From assembly GCA_038845975.1 (NCBI GenBank), contig JAWBQF010000006.1:36703-100702 (forward strand): a stretch of DNA of 64,000 nucleotides, given 5' to 3'. Positions 32,416-42,687 of the stretch are shown piece after piece (position 1 is the first letter of the stretch; each line of letters starts with the position of its first letter). The stretch is from Candidatus Methanomethylicia archaeon. GTDB lineage: Archaea > Thermoproteota > Methanomethylicia > CALHIW01. The notes under the pieces were generated by a model. That model was not told where the DNA came from. It searched no databases and saw nothing but the letters and a program-made list of their open reading frames with translations. Position numbers and translations under genes: made by a program.

Positions 32416-33045
32416 CTTTTTATGTCTTAAATTCTAGGGAACTTAAATATATGAAGCTAGTGTTATAATATGGATAGTATAAATCTATTTCATTAAATTC
32501 TCATTGGAACCCTCCTATATTAGGAACTTATTGATTTTTAAATAAATATTCCTAGAACTCATAGCTAAATGAAATAGTTTAGTAAACTGTTTACGATGAA
32601 TTCCTAATCAAATACTTCCAGTTTAAATATAAACCTATAAACACCTCTTAACTTGAAAACCGTTAAATATTAGCAGTACGTTAAGCCATTAAATATATTA
32701 CCTCTTGATGTTACGTTATTACTGTAAGTCACAACATTACTTCTTATAGGTTTCAGTATGCTAGCATTTCTCAGCTTATATAGTTGTATGAGAGATATTA
32801 AGAATTTACGGCATCTAATTATGGCAGCTCTTAAGCTTAAGAGATATGCCAATAATTCTACACATATTAACTTCACTTCATTACGTTAATCTTAATATTA
32901 ACTAAATGGGCTTATCCCTCAACAGATCTTAATTCATAGCATATAGAAGAGATACGTACACTTCAGCTCAAAATATATGAGCAGCTCCAAACTAGGACAA
33001 TTGATGGAATGCCATGTCCTCCATTCCAAAGCCCCTAAAAATCTA

Positions 33046-33137
33046 AAAGTAACAGCATCCTCATTTTAAACAGACAGAGTGGTTAAGCTAACGCCTCCAA
33101 ATATTATTCTTAAAGTAACAGCATCCTCATTTTAAAC
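33046..33137. repeat. Perfect 26-bp direct repeat, two copies, 40-bp spacer
   Basis: AAAGTAACAGCATCCTCATTTTAAAC at 33046-33071 and 33112-33137. Confidence 0.9.
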
Positions 33138-33154
33138 GAAAAATTTATAAATAC

Positions 33155-33189
33155 TTAGTATTACTAAGTATAGTTTCCGGTAATACTAA
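33155..33189. promoter_or_regulatory. NikR-type operator downstream of the cbiM/nikM TATA box
   Basis: Perfect inverted repeat TTAGTATTAC-N15-GTAATACTAA between TTTATAAA (near 33144) and ATG 33203. Confidence 0.75.
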
Positions 33190-33202
33190 AAATGGTGTTA
33201 GC

Positions 33203-33847
33203 ATGCATATTCCTGATGGCTTCCTGGATATATCTACAACTGTGATTACATACGTTATATTCTTTGGTTATGGAGGTTACGCCATTAAGAAAGCTAGGAA
33301 AAATCTAAGTGAACGCATTCCATTAATATCCGTATTAGCTGCAGCTATTTTTGCTGCTCAAATGCTTAACTGGCCGATACCTGGAGGTACAAGTCTACAC
33401 TTCGTTGGCGGAGCTCTAGCTGGAATCATACTTGGACCCTGGAATGGCTTCTTAACGATATTTCTAGTACTACTTATTCAATGTCTAGTATTTCATGATG
33501 GTGGAATAACGGCTCTCGGAGCCAATGTTATTAATATGGCGATTATAGATGTTGCTATCGGATACTTAACATATCGTGTTCTCAGTAGCCTGTTTGGAGT
33601 TAAGAACTCTATAGTGATATCATCATCCTTTATAGGAGGCTGGCTCGGAATAACGATTGCAGGAATTGCATGTGGATTGGAGATAGGATATTCCCCGCTA
33701 TTTCCTTACGGTACTTCCATTACCGTACCAGTAATGGCTGGATGGCATGCTATTCTAGGAGTTGTTGAAGGAATAATTACGGCCTTAGTTGTTACATATA
33801 TAATACGTAAAGCTCCACATCTAATATATTCAGGTGGATACTTATGA
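33203..33847 (+). CDS. cbiM: Ni/Co ECF transporter substrate-binding component CbiM/NikM
   Basis: N-terminal MHIPDG, FAAQMLNWPIPGGTSLH and DGGITALGAN. Confidence 0.92.
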   Translation: MHIPDGFLDISTTVITYVIFFGYGGYAIKKARKNLSERIPLISVLAAAIFAAQMLNWPIPGGTSLHFVGGALAGIILGPWNGFLTIFLVLLIQCLVFHDGGITALGANVINMAIIDVAIGYLTYRVLSSLFGVKNSIVISSSFIGGWLGITIAGIACGLEIGYSPLFPYGTSITVPVMAGWHAILGVVEGIITALVVTYIIRKAPHLIYSGGYL

Positions 33848-34146
33848 AATCCCCGGGGAGCAGTATTGTATCGTTTAAGAAGGCTTTAATCATAACCCTA
33901 ATACTAGTAGTTATCAGCCCTATTTTCGGCGTTGTTCTAGCTGATATTGTTGGATACAATGAACCCCTAGATTTAGCTGCTGAGCTTCTTAATCTTCAAG
34001 ACTTAACAGAAAATATTAATTGGACTCCATTCCTCGACTATACAGTACCAGGTTTACCAGCTGAACTAGGCTATATTGTTTCTGGACTTATAGGTATTAG
34101 TATAATTTTAGCTATTGGATTTGTATTTAGTAGAATATTAAGGTAG
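33844..34146 (+). CDS. Ni/Co ECF accessory component (PDGLE/NikN-like)
   Basis: Two TMs flanking EPLDLAAE...PFLDYTVPG. Overlaps the cbiM stop. Confidence 0.8.
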   Translation: MKSPGSSIVSFKKALIITLILVVISPIFGVVLADIVGYNEPLDLAAELLNLQDLTENINWTPFLDYTVPGLPAELGYIVSGLIGISIILAIGFVFSRILR

Positions 34147-34150
34147 ATTT

Positions 34151-34945
34151 ATGAAAAGCTTTGTATATAGATTTCTAGAAGAACTGTCTGAAACCATTAA
34201 TACTTTAAACCATGAGTCTAGCTTTAACCTTTTCAATTCATCTATAGCTATGTTTTCAGCTCTAATTCTTACTGGATTGGCTTCATTTACCTTTAAGCCT
34301 AAGCTTCAGCTACTAATACTAGCTTTAAGCTTCATACTTATGCTTTCAGCTCGCTCAAGAATTTACTCATGGCTTAAAATCATACTTATTACTACTCTAT
34401 GGGCTACTACTGTATCCACACCATTAATATTTACTACTCCTGGAGGCCTAGTTAATATGTCGCTGGGACTGTTGGAGCTAAGAATTAGCTTGGAGGGAGT
34501 TTACCTAATGACTACCTTTATTATTAGAGTTGTAGCTGCAGGAGCTATATTTACAGCTTTTATCTTCATACTTGGATGGAGGAGAACAGTAGAGGGTTTA
34601 AAGGGCTTAAAGATACCTGATGAAATCGTTTCCCTATTATCTATCTCCATCATCTATATACCGTTCCTTACTAGGGAGATAGTGAAGATGCTTTCAGCTA
34701 GAGAGGCACGTATATTAAGGAGAGCTAAGCTTAGAGAGATATGGCATGTTCTAGCATCAATAATAGGGGATTTAATATTGAGAAGCTTTGAACGTGCATG
34801 GAGGCTTGAAAAAGCTATTAAAGCTAGATGCTTTATACTTAATTCTCCTAGAGTAGGGGAATCTAAGATGAAAATATGGATTAACGATTTAACACTATTA
34901 ACGCTTACATTTTCTGTTTTAGTATTAGAATTTCTAGCCTGGTAG
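34151..34945 (+). CDS. cbiQ: ECF transporter transmembrane component T (CbiQ/NikQ)
   Basis: Multi-TM protein with AREAR and RSFERA..LEKAIKAR coupling motifs. Confidence 0.85.
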   Translation: MKSFVYRFLEELSETINTLNHESSFNLFNSSIAMFSALILTGLASFTFKPKLQLLILALSFILMLSARSRIYSWLKIILITTLWATTVSTPLIFTTPGGLVNMSLGLLELRISLEGVYLMTTFIIRVVAAGAIFTAFIFILGWRRTVEGLKGLKIPDEIVSLLSISIIYIPFLTREIVKMLSAREARILRRAKLREIWHVLASIIGDLILRSFERAWRLEKAIKARCFILNSPRVGESKMKIWINDLTLLTLTFSVLVLEFLAW

Positions 34946-34950
34946 ATTCT

Positions 34951-35754
34951 ATGCTGAGAGTTGAAAATGTATGTTTTAAGTATCCCGGCGGTGTAGAGGT
35001 TTTGAAGAATGTAAGTTTTACAGCTAGTAGAGGTGAAGTAGTAGCGGTAGTTGGACCTAATGGAAGTGGGAAAACAACACTTCTCATGATTGCTGCTGGA
35101 CTACTTGAACCCAGTAAGGGATTAGTCCTACTAGATAATAAACCATTAAAGGAGCAGCTACCTGAAGCTAGAAGGAGGATAGGCTTGGTTTTTCAAGATC
35201 CTGATGATCAGCTTTTCAATCCAACAGTATATGATGAAATAGCCTTTACACTTCGCCAACTCCTACATACAGAGAAAGATGTAGATAAGAGAGTAAGTGA
35301 AGTTGCATGGAAGTTTAATCTAGTAGACATTCTAGATAAGCCTCCCTACAAGCTAAGTATAGGGGAGAAGCGTAGAGTAACATTAGCGTCAATAATAGCC
35401 TACGATCCTGAAGTACTACTACTAGATGAACCTACAGCTAATTTAAGCAGTAAATATGTAGAGGAAATAGAGGAAATACTAATAGAGGCTAGGGAAAACT
35501 ATAAGATGATTATTGTAGCTTCCCATGATGTGGAGTTTATTGCTAGAATAGCTGACCGTATATATATTCTTAATAACGGCGTTACAGTAGGTGGTTTAAA
35601 CGCTAAATCCATATTAACTAATGAATCCCTACTCGCCCTAGCTGATATGAAGCCTCCACTAGTACTACAGGCATTAAGACTACTTAAAATCAACCTGGAG
35701 GAAGAACCCTTAACCATAAAGGATTTATTGAAAAAGTTAAATGGTTTAAATTAA
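34951..35754 (+). CDS. cbiO: ECF transporter ATPase (CbiO/NikO)
   Basis: GPNGSGKTT, FQDPDDQLF.PTV, LSIGEKRR and LLDEPT. Confidence 0.9.
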   Translation: MLRVENVCFKYPGGVEVLKNVSFTASRGEVVAVVGPNGSGKTTLLMIAAGLLEPSKGLVLLDNKPLKEQLPEARRRIGLVFQDPDDQLFNPTVYDEIAFTLRQLLHTEKDVDKRVSEVAWKFNLVDILDKPPYKLSIGEKRRVTLASIIAYDPEVLLLDEPTANLSSKYVEEIEEILIEARENYKMIIVASHDVEFIARIADRIYILNNGVTVGGLNAKSILTNESLLALADMKPPLVLQALRLLKINLEEEPLTIKDLLKKLNGLN

Positions 35755-36878
35755 TCTTTAACTTCCAAGTATGGTTGAGGATATTTTTCACTGTATTCCC
35801 TTAACTTCATAACTGCTGAGATTAAATCATTAATATCCAATCCTAACAATTGAGCATTGGATTCATTAATAAACTCATTAATCCTACTTTTAACCTCACC
35901 CTCCTCAATTACTACTCCTCTAAGCTTCCTCCTCAACTCCTCCACAGCCTCCTCAGGAATCATGAAGAAATCACCTGATACAACTAAGTCCAGTATCCTA
36001 TTACCTATTGTTTCAGCTGTTAATCTAATTAGCTTCTTACCCTTATGTACTACCTCTATAATTCTAACTCCATCAGCTACTCTAACAGATCTTTCAAGCT
36101 CTTCCCGTTCAGTATCGTATAGGTAAAGCCACTCATTAGATTTATGTTTAGGTAGTATCTCATCACGCCATATTTTAAGCTCCTCACTACTTGGACTACC
36201 ATACCTAATCTTTAACCCAATAACCTTCTCATAACCCTCAATAAACAATTCCTTTAACTGCTTATCTAACGGTATGTATCCAAGCTCCCCTTTAAGGGAT
36301 GTAATCCAATCCCTCATACTCTTAGCAAGCTTATCCCTAAACTTTTCACTGGGAACCTTCAATATCTTAGCCATCATTTCATAGTTAACATCTAGCAATA
36401 TATTACCAACAAGCACTACAACTGAACCAATCTTACCAGCCCCATTACCTGATATCTTCTTATTATTTACAACTACATCATTTATAGGTTTAAATTCAGC
36501 GTTTAATCCAAGCCTTCTACATACATATACGGTTACCTCTAAAAATCTTTTAAACAACTCTGAAACATCATGTGGAACATAAACACTCTGTTCACTAGCA
36601 ATTATCTGGTAGAATTGCTGGTTAGAGTCTAGATAAACAGCTCCACCACCCTGCATCCTCCTAATAATCGGTAGTCCCAGTTCTTTACAGACCTCGATAT
36701 TAACCTCCCTTTTAAGCTCTTGATGATAGCCTATACAGACATAGGGGCTTGCAGGCCTAACCAGTATTATCGTATTTGGGGAAAGTCCTCTATTAATAGC
36801 TAACGCTACAGCATCATAAAATGTCTGAGCCATATAGGGATCTGCAAATCCTAAATCGATTAAACGCCATTCCTCCAT
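35751..36878 (-). CDS. lplA: Lipoate-protein ligase A with C-terminal domain
   Basis: IGYHQ, RRMQGGGAVYLD, NDVVVNNKKISGNG and C-terminal SGDFF. Confidence 0.88.
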   Translation of the reverse strand: MEEWRLIDLGFADPYMAQTFYDAVALAINRGLSPNTIILVRPASPYVCIGYHQELKREVNIEVCKELGLPIIRRMQGGGAVYLDSNQQFYQIIASEQSVYVPHDVSELFKRFLEVTVYVCRRLGLNAEFKPINDVVVNNKKISGNGAGKIGSVVVLVGNILLDVNYEMMAKILKVPSEKFRDKLAKSMRDWITSLKGELGYIPLDKQLKELFIEGYEKVIGLKIRYGSPSSEELKIWRDEILPKHKSNEWLYLYDTEREELERSVRVADGVRIIEVVHKGKKLIRLTAETIGNRILDLVVSGDFFMIPEEAVEELRRKLRGVVIEEGEVKSRINEFINESNAQLLGLDINDLISAVMKLREYSEKYPQPYLEVKD

Positions 36879-37239
36879 AACAGCCTGGAAACCTACTAAA
36901 ATATATGTTTTACTGTAAAGTAAATCTACAACTTAATTAGCTATACATAACCGAAACATTAAGCATCACTAACATACTACAATAACATAAATGTAGCAAT
37001 TAGGTAAATAGTCTACTGGACGATTATGTAAAGCAACATCATAAAATCACAAGAAGAATCTAAACTAACAGAATATCAGTAATTCACATGACTTAATGAC
37101 ATGAATCATTAATATAAATCTATAATTTTAGCTAATATTCACTAAGCCTTTAAATGGATTTGAAGGGCTTAGTCATTAAGCCGTAGAGTACTACCTCGGC
37201 TTTAATGGGGTAATGAGCTTCTATGTTTAAATGTTTGAA

Positions 37240-38127
37240 TCAACTCTTGCTGCTTAGTAGCTCATATACTTTTATTAATGTTTGAGTTCCCTTCTCCCCT
37301 AGGCCCTGTGATACTAGTGAGTTGTAGAGTTGAAGTAGAATACTTGTACCTGGAAGCGGTATGTTTAGCTTGCTTGCAGTATCGATAACGTATTTAAGAT
37401 CCTTTTTAAGATGTGATGCCTTAAATCCAGGCTCAAAATCCCCCTTCAATATCTTGGGGAGATAATATTGTACAGTAAACGAGTTCGCAGCTCCAGTAGA
37501 TAATACCTTAAACAATATGTTCTCATCTATGCCAGCTTTTCTAGCTAGCATTAATGCTTCAGTAATTGCTAACATGTTTAAGCCGACAACTACTTGATTA
37601 CATAGCTTAACCATTTGTCCTGAGCCAACATCCCCACAGTAAACTATCGTTTTACCCATAGCTTCAAGTATCGGCTTAACTCTTTGAAAGCTTTCAAATC
37701 TTCCACCAACCATTATCGTAAGCGTTCCCTCCCTAGCTCCCTTATCCCCACCAGTAACAGGCGCATCCATAAATTCAATACCGTAATCTAGGAGACGCTT
37801 AGCAAAGCTTCTAGCTGCTTCAGGAGAGTTTGTACTCATATCAATAAATATCAATCCCCTACTTCCCCCCTCTACTACTCCATTAGCTCCAAAAAGAACT
37901 TGCTCAACATCAGGTACATCGGTAACCATAGATATAACAACCTCAGATTTTTGAGCAACTTCTTTAGGCGATCCTGCAACATAGGCCCCCATCCTCCCTA
38001 AAGACTCAGCCTTACTTATCGTTCTATTATAGACTGTAAGTGGAAATCCTGCCTTTAAAATATTGGTAGCCATAGGTAAACCCATTATACCTAAACCAAT
38101 AAAACCAACCCTAATTTCTCCAGACAT
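37240..38127 (-). CDS. 3-hydroxyisobutyrate dehydrogenase / 2-hydroxy-3-oxopropionate reductase family
   Basis: GFIGLGIMGLPMA, DAPVTGG, GSGQMVKLCNQ and KDL. Confidence 0.9.
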   Translation of the reverse strand: MSGEIRVGFIGLGIMGLPMATNILKAGFPLTVYNRTISKAESLGRMGAYVAGSPKEVAQKSEVVISMVTDVPDVEQVLFGANGVVEGGSRGLIFIDMSTNSPEAARSFAKRLLDYGIEFMDAPVTGGDKGAREGTLTIMVGGRFESFQRVKPILEAMGKTIVYCGDVGSGQMVKLCNQVVVGLNMLAITEALMLARKAGIDENILFKVLSTGAANSFTVQYYLPKILKGDFEPGFKASHLKKDLKYVIDTASKLNIPLPGTSILLQLYNSLVSQGLGEKGTQTLIKVYELLSSKS

Positions 38128-38555
38128 AATTTATAAAATAATTATTAACCTAAAAACCTATCGGTAATCGCTACTTGCCCATCAATCTTAAATATTATAC
38201 CATTCATTACTTCCCCTACTAGATTCCATTCATGCTAATCTATTTCCATGACGTATACTTATTTATTAATGTTACTCTCGTCTAGTTGTAGTAGTTATAT
38301 ATACCGTATTACTTTATGAATATGTAAACTATCCTCTATTTTCCCTTCAAATTCAAATATAATCTATTTCGTATAATATGTGAGCCTAAGCCATCAATAT
38401 TCATCCCAATATGGCTGATACGAATAAATGATGAGAATCCTCCAAGTCATGAATTCATTACGTACCTCTACAATTAATAGCTAAACTTCTACGAGAAAAT
38501 TTTAGCAGATACTATAAAATAGTAGAGTATTTAAGGATGTATATTACAGATTGGT

Positions 38556-39005
38556 ATGATTAGCAAGATTGAGAGTGATGGATTATCAGATAATGAAATA
38601 CTGAGTATACTTAGAAATGTTAAGGTGATAGCTGTTGTTGGGGCGTCAAATGATCCATCTAAGCCTGCACACTACGTCCCTAAGTTCCTAAAGGAGAAGG
38701 GATACAGAATAGTACCTGTAAATCCATTTGCAGAGAAGGTTTTAGACGAGAAAGCATATAAGAGTCTTATGGAGATTCCCTTTAAAGTAGATGTTGTAGT
38801 TGTTTTTAGACCTTCAAAAGAAGTTTTACCTATAGCTGAGCAAGCTATAGGTAAAGCAGGGGTTTTATGGATGCAGGAGGGAATATATAGTAGGGAGGCA
38901 GCTGAGAAGGCTAGAAGTAATGGATTGAAGGTTGTATGGAATAGATGTATAATGAAGGAGTACGTGAGACTTATGGGCGGTAAACCACGTACAGTTCTTA
39001 AATAA
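38556..39005 (+). CDS. CoA-binding protein (YccU-like)
   Basis: IAVVGAS, PVNP, VDVVVVFRPS, WMQEGI and NRCIM. Confidence 0.9.
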   Translation: MISKIESDGLSDNEILSILRNVKVIAVVGASNDPSKPAHYVPKFLKEKGYRIVPVNPFAEKVLDEKAYKSLMEIPFKVDVVVVFRPSKEVLPIAEQAIGKAGVLWMQEGIYSREAAEKARSNGLKVVWNRCIMKEYVRLMGGKPRTVLK

Positions 39006-39186
39006 ATGCTAAACATAATAATTTACAGTTTAAAGTCACAGTTGAACATAGATGGATTATAGGCTTAGCGATTTAATTATAATTCATATTTAGATTTCGT
39101 TAAGGCCTCTAGGTAATATTGATGAATTTGAATCTATTAATTGATACGTATTGAGACGTTAAGCTTAAATTCCTAATTTAACAGGA

Positions 39187-40116
39187 ATGTTGATGTTTAA
39201 GTTTAAAACTAGCCAGGTAAAGTTTACTGTTAAAAACATTGTTTTCGGAGGGGGAGGGGAGAATCCTACAGTTTTAATTGGAAGCTTATTTCATAAGGGA
39301 CATAAAATATTTATCGATGAGGCTAAGGATGAATTTAACAGAGAGGCTGTAGAGCATAGTATTAAGAGGATTGATGAGCTTAGTGATGAATATAATGTTC
39401 AGCATATGCTTGCTGTAAGTGGGTTAACAGGTGAATCTCTATGGAGACATATAGACACTATATCTAAACTTACTAACTCCCCTTTACTTCTTGATGGAGT
39501 AACTGTTAAGGCTAGAGTTGAATGCTTAAAATATATAGTTGAAGCTGGACTACAGGACAGGATAATATATAATACTATATCCCCGCAAACAGGAGATGAG
39601 GAGCTTAAAGCTATAAGGGATTCCGGAATCGAAGCCGCAATACTACTTACTTTAGATCCTAAAAAGATATGGCCTAGAGATAGAATTGAAGTTATTAGGG
39701 GATACGATGGTTTTGAAGGACTTCTATCTAAAGCTAAGAGGGCAGGAATAACTAAGATGCTTATCGATGTTACAGTACTTGATCCTCCGAGCATAGCATT
39801 AACCGCCGAGTCGATACTTCACGTTAAGAACGAGTTGGGATTACCTACCGGTGCAGCTCCATTTAATGCGATATATACGTGGAGGAAAATTAGGGAGAAG
39901 CCTAAGGATGTGTTTAGGGCATGTAACTCATCAGTTAATACATATCTTAGAATATATGGAGCAGACTTCCTAATCTATGGTCCAATAGAAGCCGGGGAAT
40001 ACATAATACCATCAATAGCAATTATAGATGCACTTCTCGGCTACAGTTTAAAACGTAAAAACATAGAGATAAATGATAAACATCCACTAAATAAAGTATT
40101 TAAGAAAGCTAAGTAG
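39187..40116 (+). CDS. mtrH: MtrH/MtgA-like methyl-corrinoid:pterin methyltransferase
   Basis: GENPTVLIGSLF.KGH, IIYNTI, LIDV.VLD, GLPTG.AP.N and GADFLIYGPIE. No other mtr subunits in the window. Confidence 0.82.
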   Translation: MLMFKFKTSQVKFTVKNIVFGGGGENPTVLIGSLFHKGHKIFIDEAKDEFNREAVEHSIKRIDELSDEYNVQHMLAVSGLTGESLWRHIDTISKLTNSPLLLDGVTVKARVECLKYIVEAGLQDRIIYNTISPQTGDEELKAIRDSGIEAAILLTLDPKKIWPRDRIEVIRGYDGFEGLLSKAKRAGITKMLIDVTVLDPPSIALTAESILHVKNELGLPTGAAPFNAIYTWRKIREKPKDVFRACNSSVNTYLRIYGADFLIYGPIEAGEYIIPSIAIIDALLGYSLKRKNIEINDKHPLNKVFKKAK

Positions 40117-40268
40117 AAGCAATAGCTAATTAAGTAGCTAATATAGCCCATTAAAATATGAAGCTCTAAAAGCGTAATATCGAGTTTAAATCATCAACAT
40201 CTTTTTCCATCCCCTTAACTAAAGAACAAGCTACCTCATCGATCTACTTTGTCGTTGAAAACCCTCTT

Positions 40269-40725
40269 GTGGACACTATTGAAACAGTAAAGATTTCAGC
40301 AACCCTGGAATGGCAAGAAAAAGCAATCATAGCTGCAACTATTGGAGGATTGATATTAGGCGGCTTAATAGCTTTTCTTGGCATTATCGTTATAATCATT
40401 GCAGGAGTAGCAGCTCTTATTTTCAAACCCAAAACGCTGAAACAAATTCCGAGTCCGCCAACCTAAAGTTAAAGCATACGTTAGATAAGCGCCGTGAAAT
40501 CGCTAAGAAGTTGAGGATAAGTGTTAGAGATATTAGTAAGATATTAAGAAGTAGAGAAGATATTAAACTAGAGGAAAGAGTGAAAGTTTTAGAGGAGGAA
40601 ATGAAGTAAATAAGGGAGATTATTGGTGGAAAAGTTAAGAAGAAATCTATGGATGAAATAATGAGTGAAGTATTCACCAATATAAGTGATCTTCTAGATC
40701 TTGCTGAAAAAAGGAATAGATCCTA
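40269..40725 (+). pseudogene. Fragments of a membrane protein and an HTH/coiled-coil protein (MGE debris)
   Basis: Short TM ORF 40269-40466, and RREIAKKLRISVRDISKILR...LEERVKVLEEEMK broken by stops. Confidence 0.4.
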
Positions 40726-40740
40726 GAAAAGTAGAATGGT

Positions 40741-41328
40741 TTGAGAAAGACCCTTTCACCGAATCCTTCTACTGAGAGAAATGAGGCGAATATCTTGTTA
40801 GCCGAAAGAACTCTCCAAAATTATATTGGAAGAAGGCTTAAGGAAGATTTAGGATGGGAGGTTGTTGAGTGGGGAAAGGGTGTAAAGGGTGAAAGAGATT
40901 CGCTTGAAGAGATTCTTTTAAAGGAAGGATTGTTTAAAGCGGTAGAAAAAGTAAACAATGTAACTTTAAGCGATGATGAAAAAAGAGATATTCTTTCAAT
41001 TCTTTTCCTCTTGCCTAACAGTATTGAGGGCATAAAGAACTTTTTAGATTTTGTCAAGAATGGAGTTCCGTTTAAGATTAGGATAAACGGTAAAGAGGTA
41101 CCTAAGCAGATTTACCTATTCGATTTCGAAAATATTGAGAATAACGACTTTCTTGCGGTTAAAGAGTTTGAGGTGGAGGAGGAAGATAGGAGGAGACGCT
41201 TTGACCTATGCCTTTTCGTTAACGGCATTCCTTTAGTTATAATAGAAACTAAGAATCCTTTCTTAGAAGAAGAAAAAGGAGCAACTTGGTATGATGCATA
41301 CAAGCGGATTTTAGAGTATGTCAGTTGA
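40741..41328 (+). pseudogene. hsdR: Type I restriction endonuclease HsdR, N-terminal fragment only
   Basis: LFDFENIENNDFLAVKEF...RRRFDLCLFVNGIPLVIIETKNP. Ends at 195 aa with no helicase domains. Confidence 0.85.
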
Positions 41329-41593
41329 AAATGATTGGTCCATAGATACTGGTAGTACAGGGAGCAGTATTAAATGTAGCTATTGCGGATATGAAGTGGA
41401 AAGTCTTCAGGGGCTTCGTGCTCATCTTAGATGGTGTAAGAGAAAACCACGTAGAAAACGAGTTTCGAGTTATATAAGTCAGGATTCGTGGGAGGGATTT
41501 AAACGTTTCTCTAAGGAAAGGGATCAAACAATTTGTCATACATTGGAATCCCTAATCAGCTCTTTATCTTTTTCATGGGAGGGGAGTAAGTAG
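41318..41593 (+). CDS. Small C2H2-like Zn-finger + ribbon-helix-helix-like protein
   Basis: CSYCG...LRAHLRWC, then RVSSYISQDSWEGFKRFSKERDQTICHTLESLI. Confidence 0.55.
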   Translation: MSVENDWSIDTGSTGSSIKCSYCGYEVESLQGLRAHLRWCKRKPRRKRVSSYISQDSWEGFKRFSKERDQTICHTLESLISSLSFSWEGSK

Positions 41594-41596
41594 TTT

Positions 41597-41893
41597 ATGA
41601 ATTTGGATATTGCTAATCAAAAGACAGCTATGAGTTTTTCAGTGACGATATATCAGTATTTTCTGGGGAAGCCGCGTTCAGCCTTGAAGCAGCTTCTAAG
41701 TGAATCTAGGATCATCTCAACATACAGTGATCTCCAGCCTCCCCGTATTCATTGTCCTTATTGTTGTGGAGCCAATGTCGATACTTACATTCGGTTTCCT
41801 GATCTTATTGGAGCTACATGTAGGTTATGCAATGTGGAATTTTTAATACATCATCCAACTGGACAGAAATCTTCAAAGCTGATTGGTTGGTGA
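41597..41893 (+). CDS. Small Zn-ribbon hypothetical protein
   Basis: CPYC...CRLC motif. Starts 3 nt after the previous stop. Confidence 0.5.
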   Translation: MNLDIANQKTAMSFSVTIYQYFLGKPRSALKQLLSESRIISTYSDLQPPRIHCPYCCGANVDTYIRFPDLIGATCRLCNVEFLIHHPTGQKSSKLIGW

Positions 41894-42146
41894 TGAGTTT
41901 GATATTGCTGAATATTGTTTGTGGTGTATTGGGGAATGGGGCTAGTTAAGGAAATGAATGGATGGTTAATTTCTTCCATAATTAGTCTAGCTTCAACTTT
42001 AAAATATTATAATACTATGTCGGCATTTTTAGGGAGAAAATATAGACCATTTAAATGTGGAACGGTATGTCTGTTAGGCTACTGTCTAGTGTAAGCAGCT
42101 TAGAGATGAGGGGGAAGGGGAGAATTAGCTTGGAGGCGAAATCTTA

Positions 42147-42374
42147 GTGGAGAGGATGTCTTCACGCTTAATATCATCAATTCTTAAGGAGGAGCTTAAA
42201 AGACTGAAGAAGAAGGCCAATATGGGATATGAACTTAAAATCAAGTGGATACCTAGAAGTAATGGTATTCTAGGTGAGGTTAAAAACGATACTATCTATG
42301 TTTATGCTGATGATATTGATGATGCTGTTCAGCTAAATATATTTATGAATGAAGTCTTCACTAGTAAAATTTAG
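42147..42374 (+). pseudogene. Truncated hypothetical protein, cut at a MITE end
   Basis: The ORF ends where the MITE-like TIR begins. The sequence resembles the N-terminal half of small MGE-associated proteins (inference). Confidence 0.35.
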
Positions 42375-42430
42375 CTTTATGGCTTAATTCTGAAGCCTAT
42401 AGATTTGAATTTACATAAAACAATAGAGAA
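42374..42430 (-). mobile_element. Partial inverted copy of the 130-bp MITE
   Basis: GCTTTATGGCTTAATTCTGAA...TTTACATAAA matches the reverse complement of the 21835-21964 right end (GCTTTGTGGCTTAATTCCGAA...TTTACATAAA). Confidence 0.65.
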
Positions 42431-42687
42431 TGCTTGTAGGCTCCTAAGCTGACGAGGAGGAGGCAAAGCCCGAACCCTATAATGAATCCTCCAGTTGTTG
42501 AAGCCATTTAACCACATGTAAACTTTATCCATCCAATATTTATGGCTTTACTCTTCTACATAATAATTAAAATTAACTCCATAAACAAGAATAATTAATA
42601 TAGCTAGTAAATTAACTATGTCTCTCTAACCATTACATTCAAGTCTTCTTTAAAAACCTTTAAATACTAGATTACCCTATTGGATTT

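Noticed and set aside
32670-32876. 68-aa minus-strand ORF
   Set aside because: No motif, RBS or promoter. It lies in decayed intergenic DNA.
33046-33137. CRISPR array
   Set aside because: Only two repeats, no leader or cas genes and an atypical repeat sequence. Kept only as a direct repeat.
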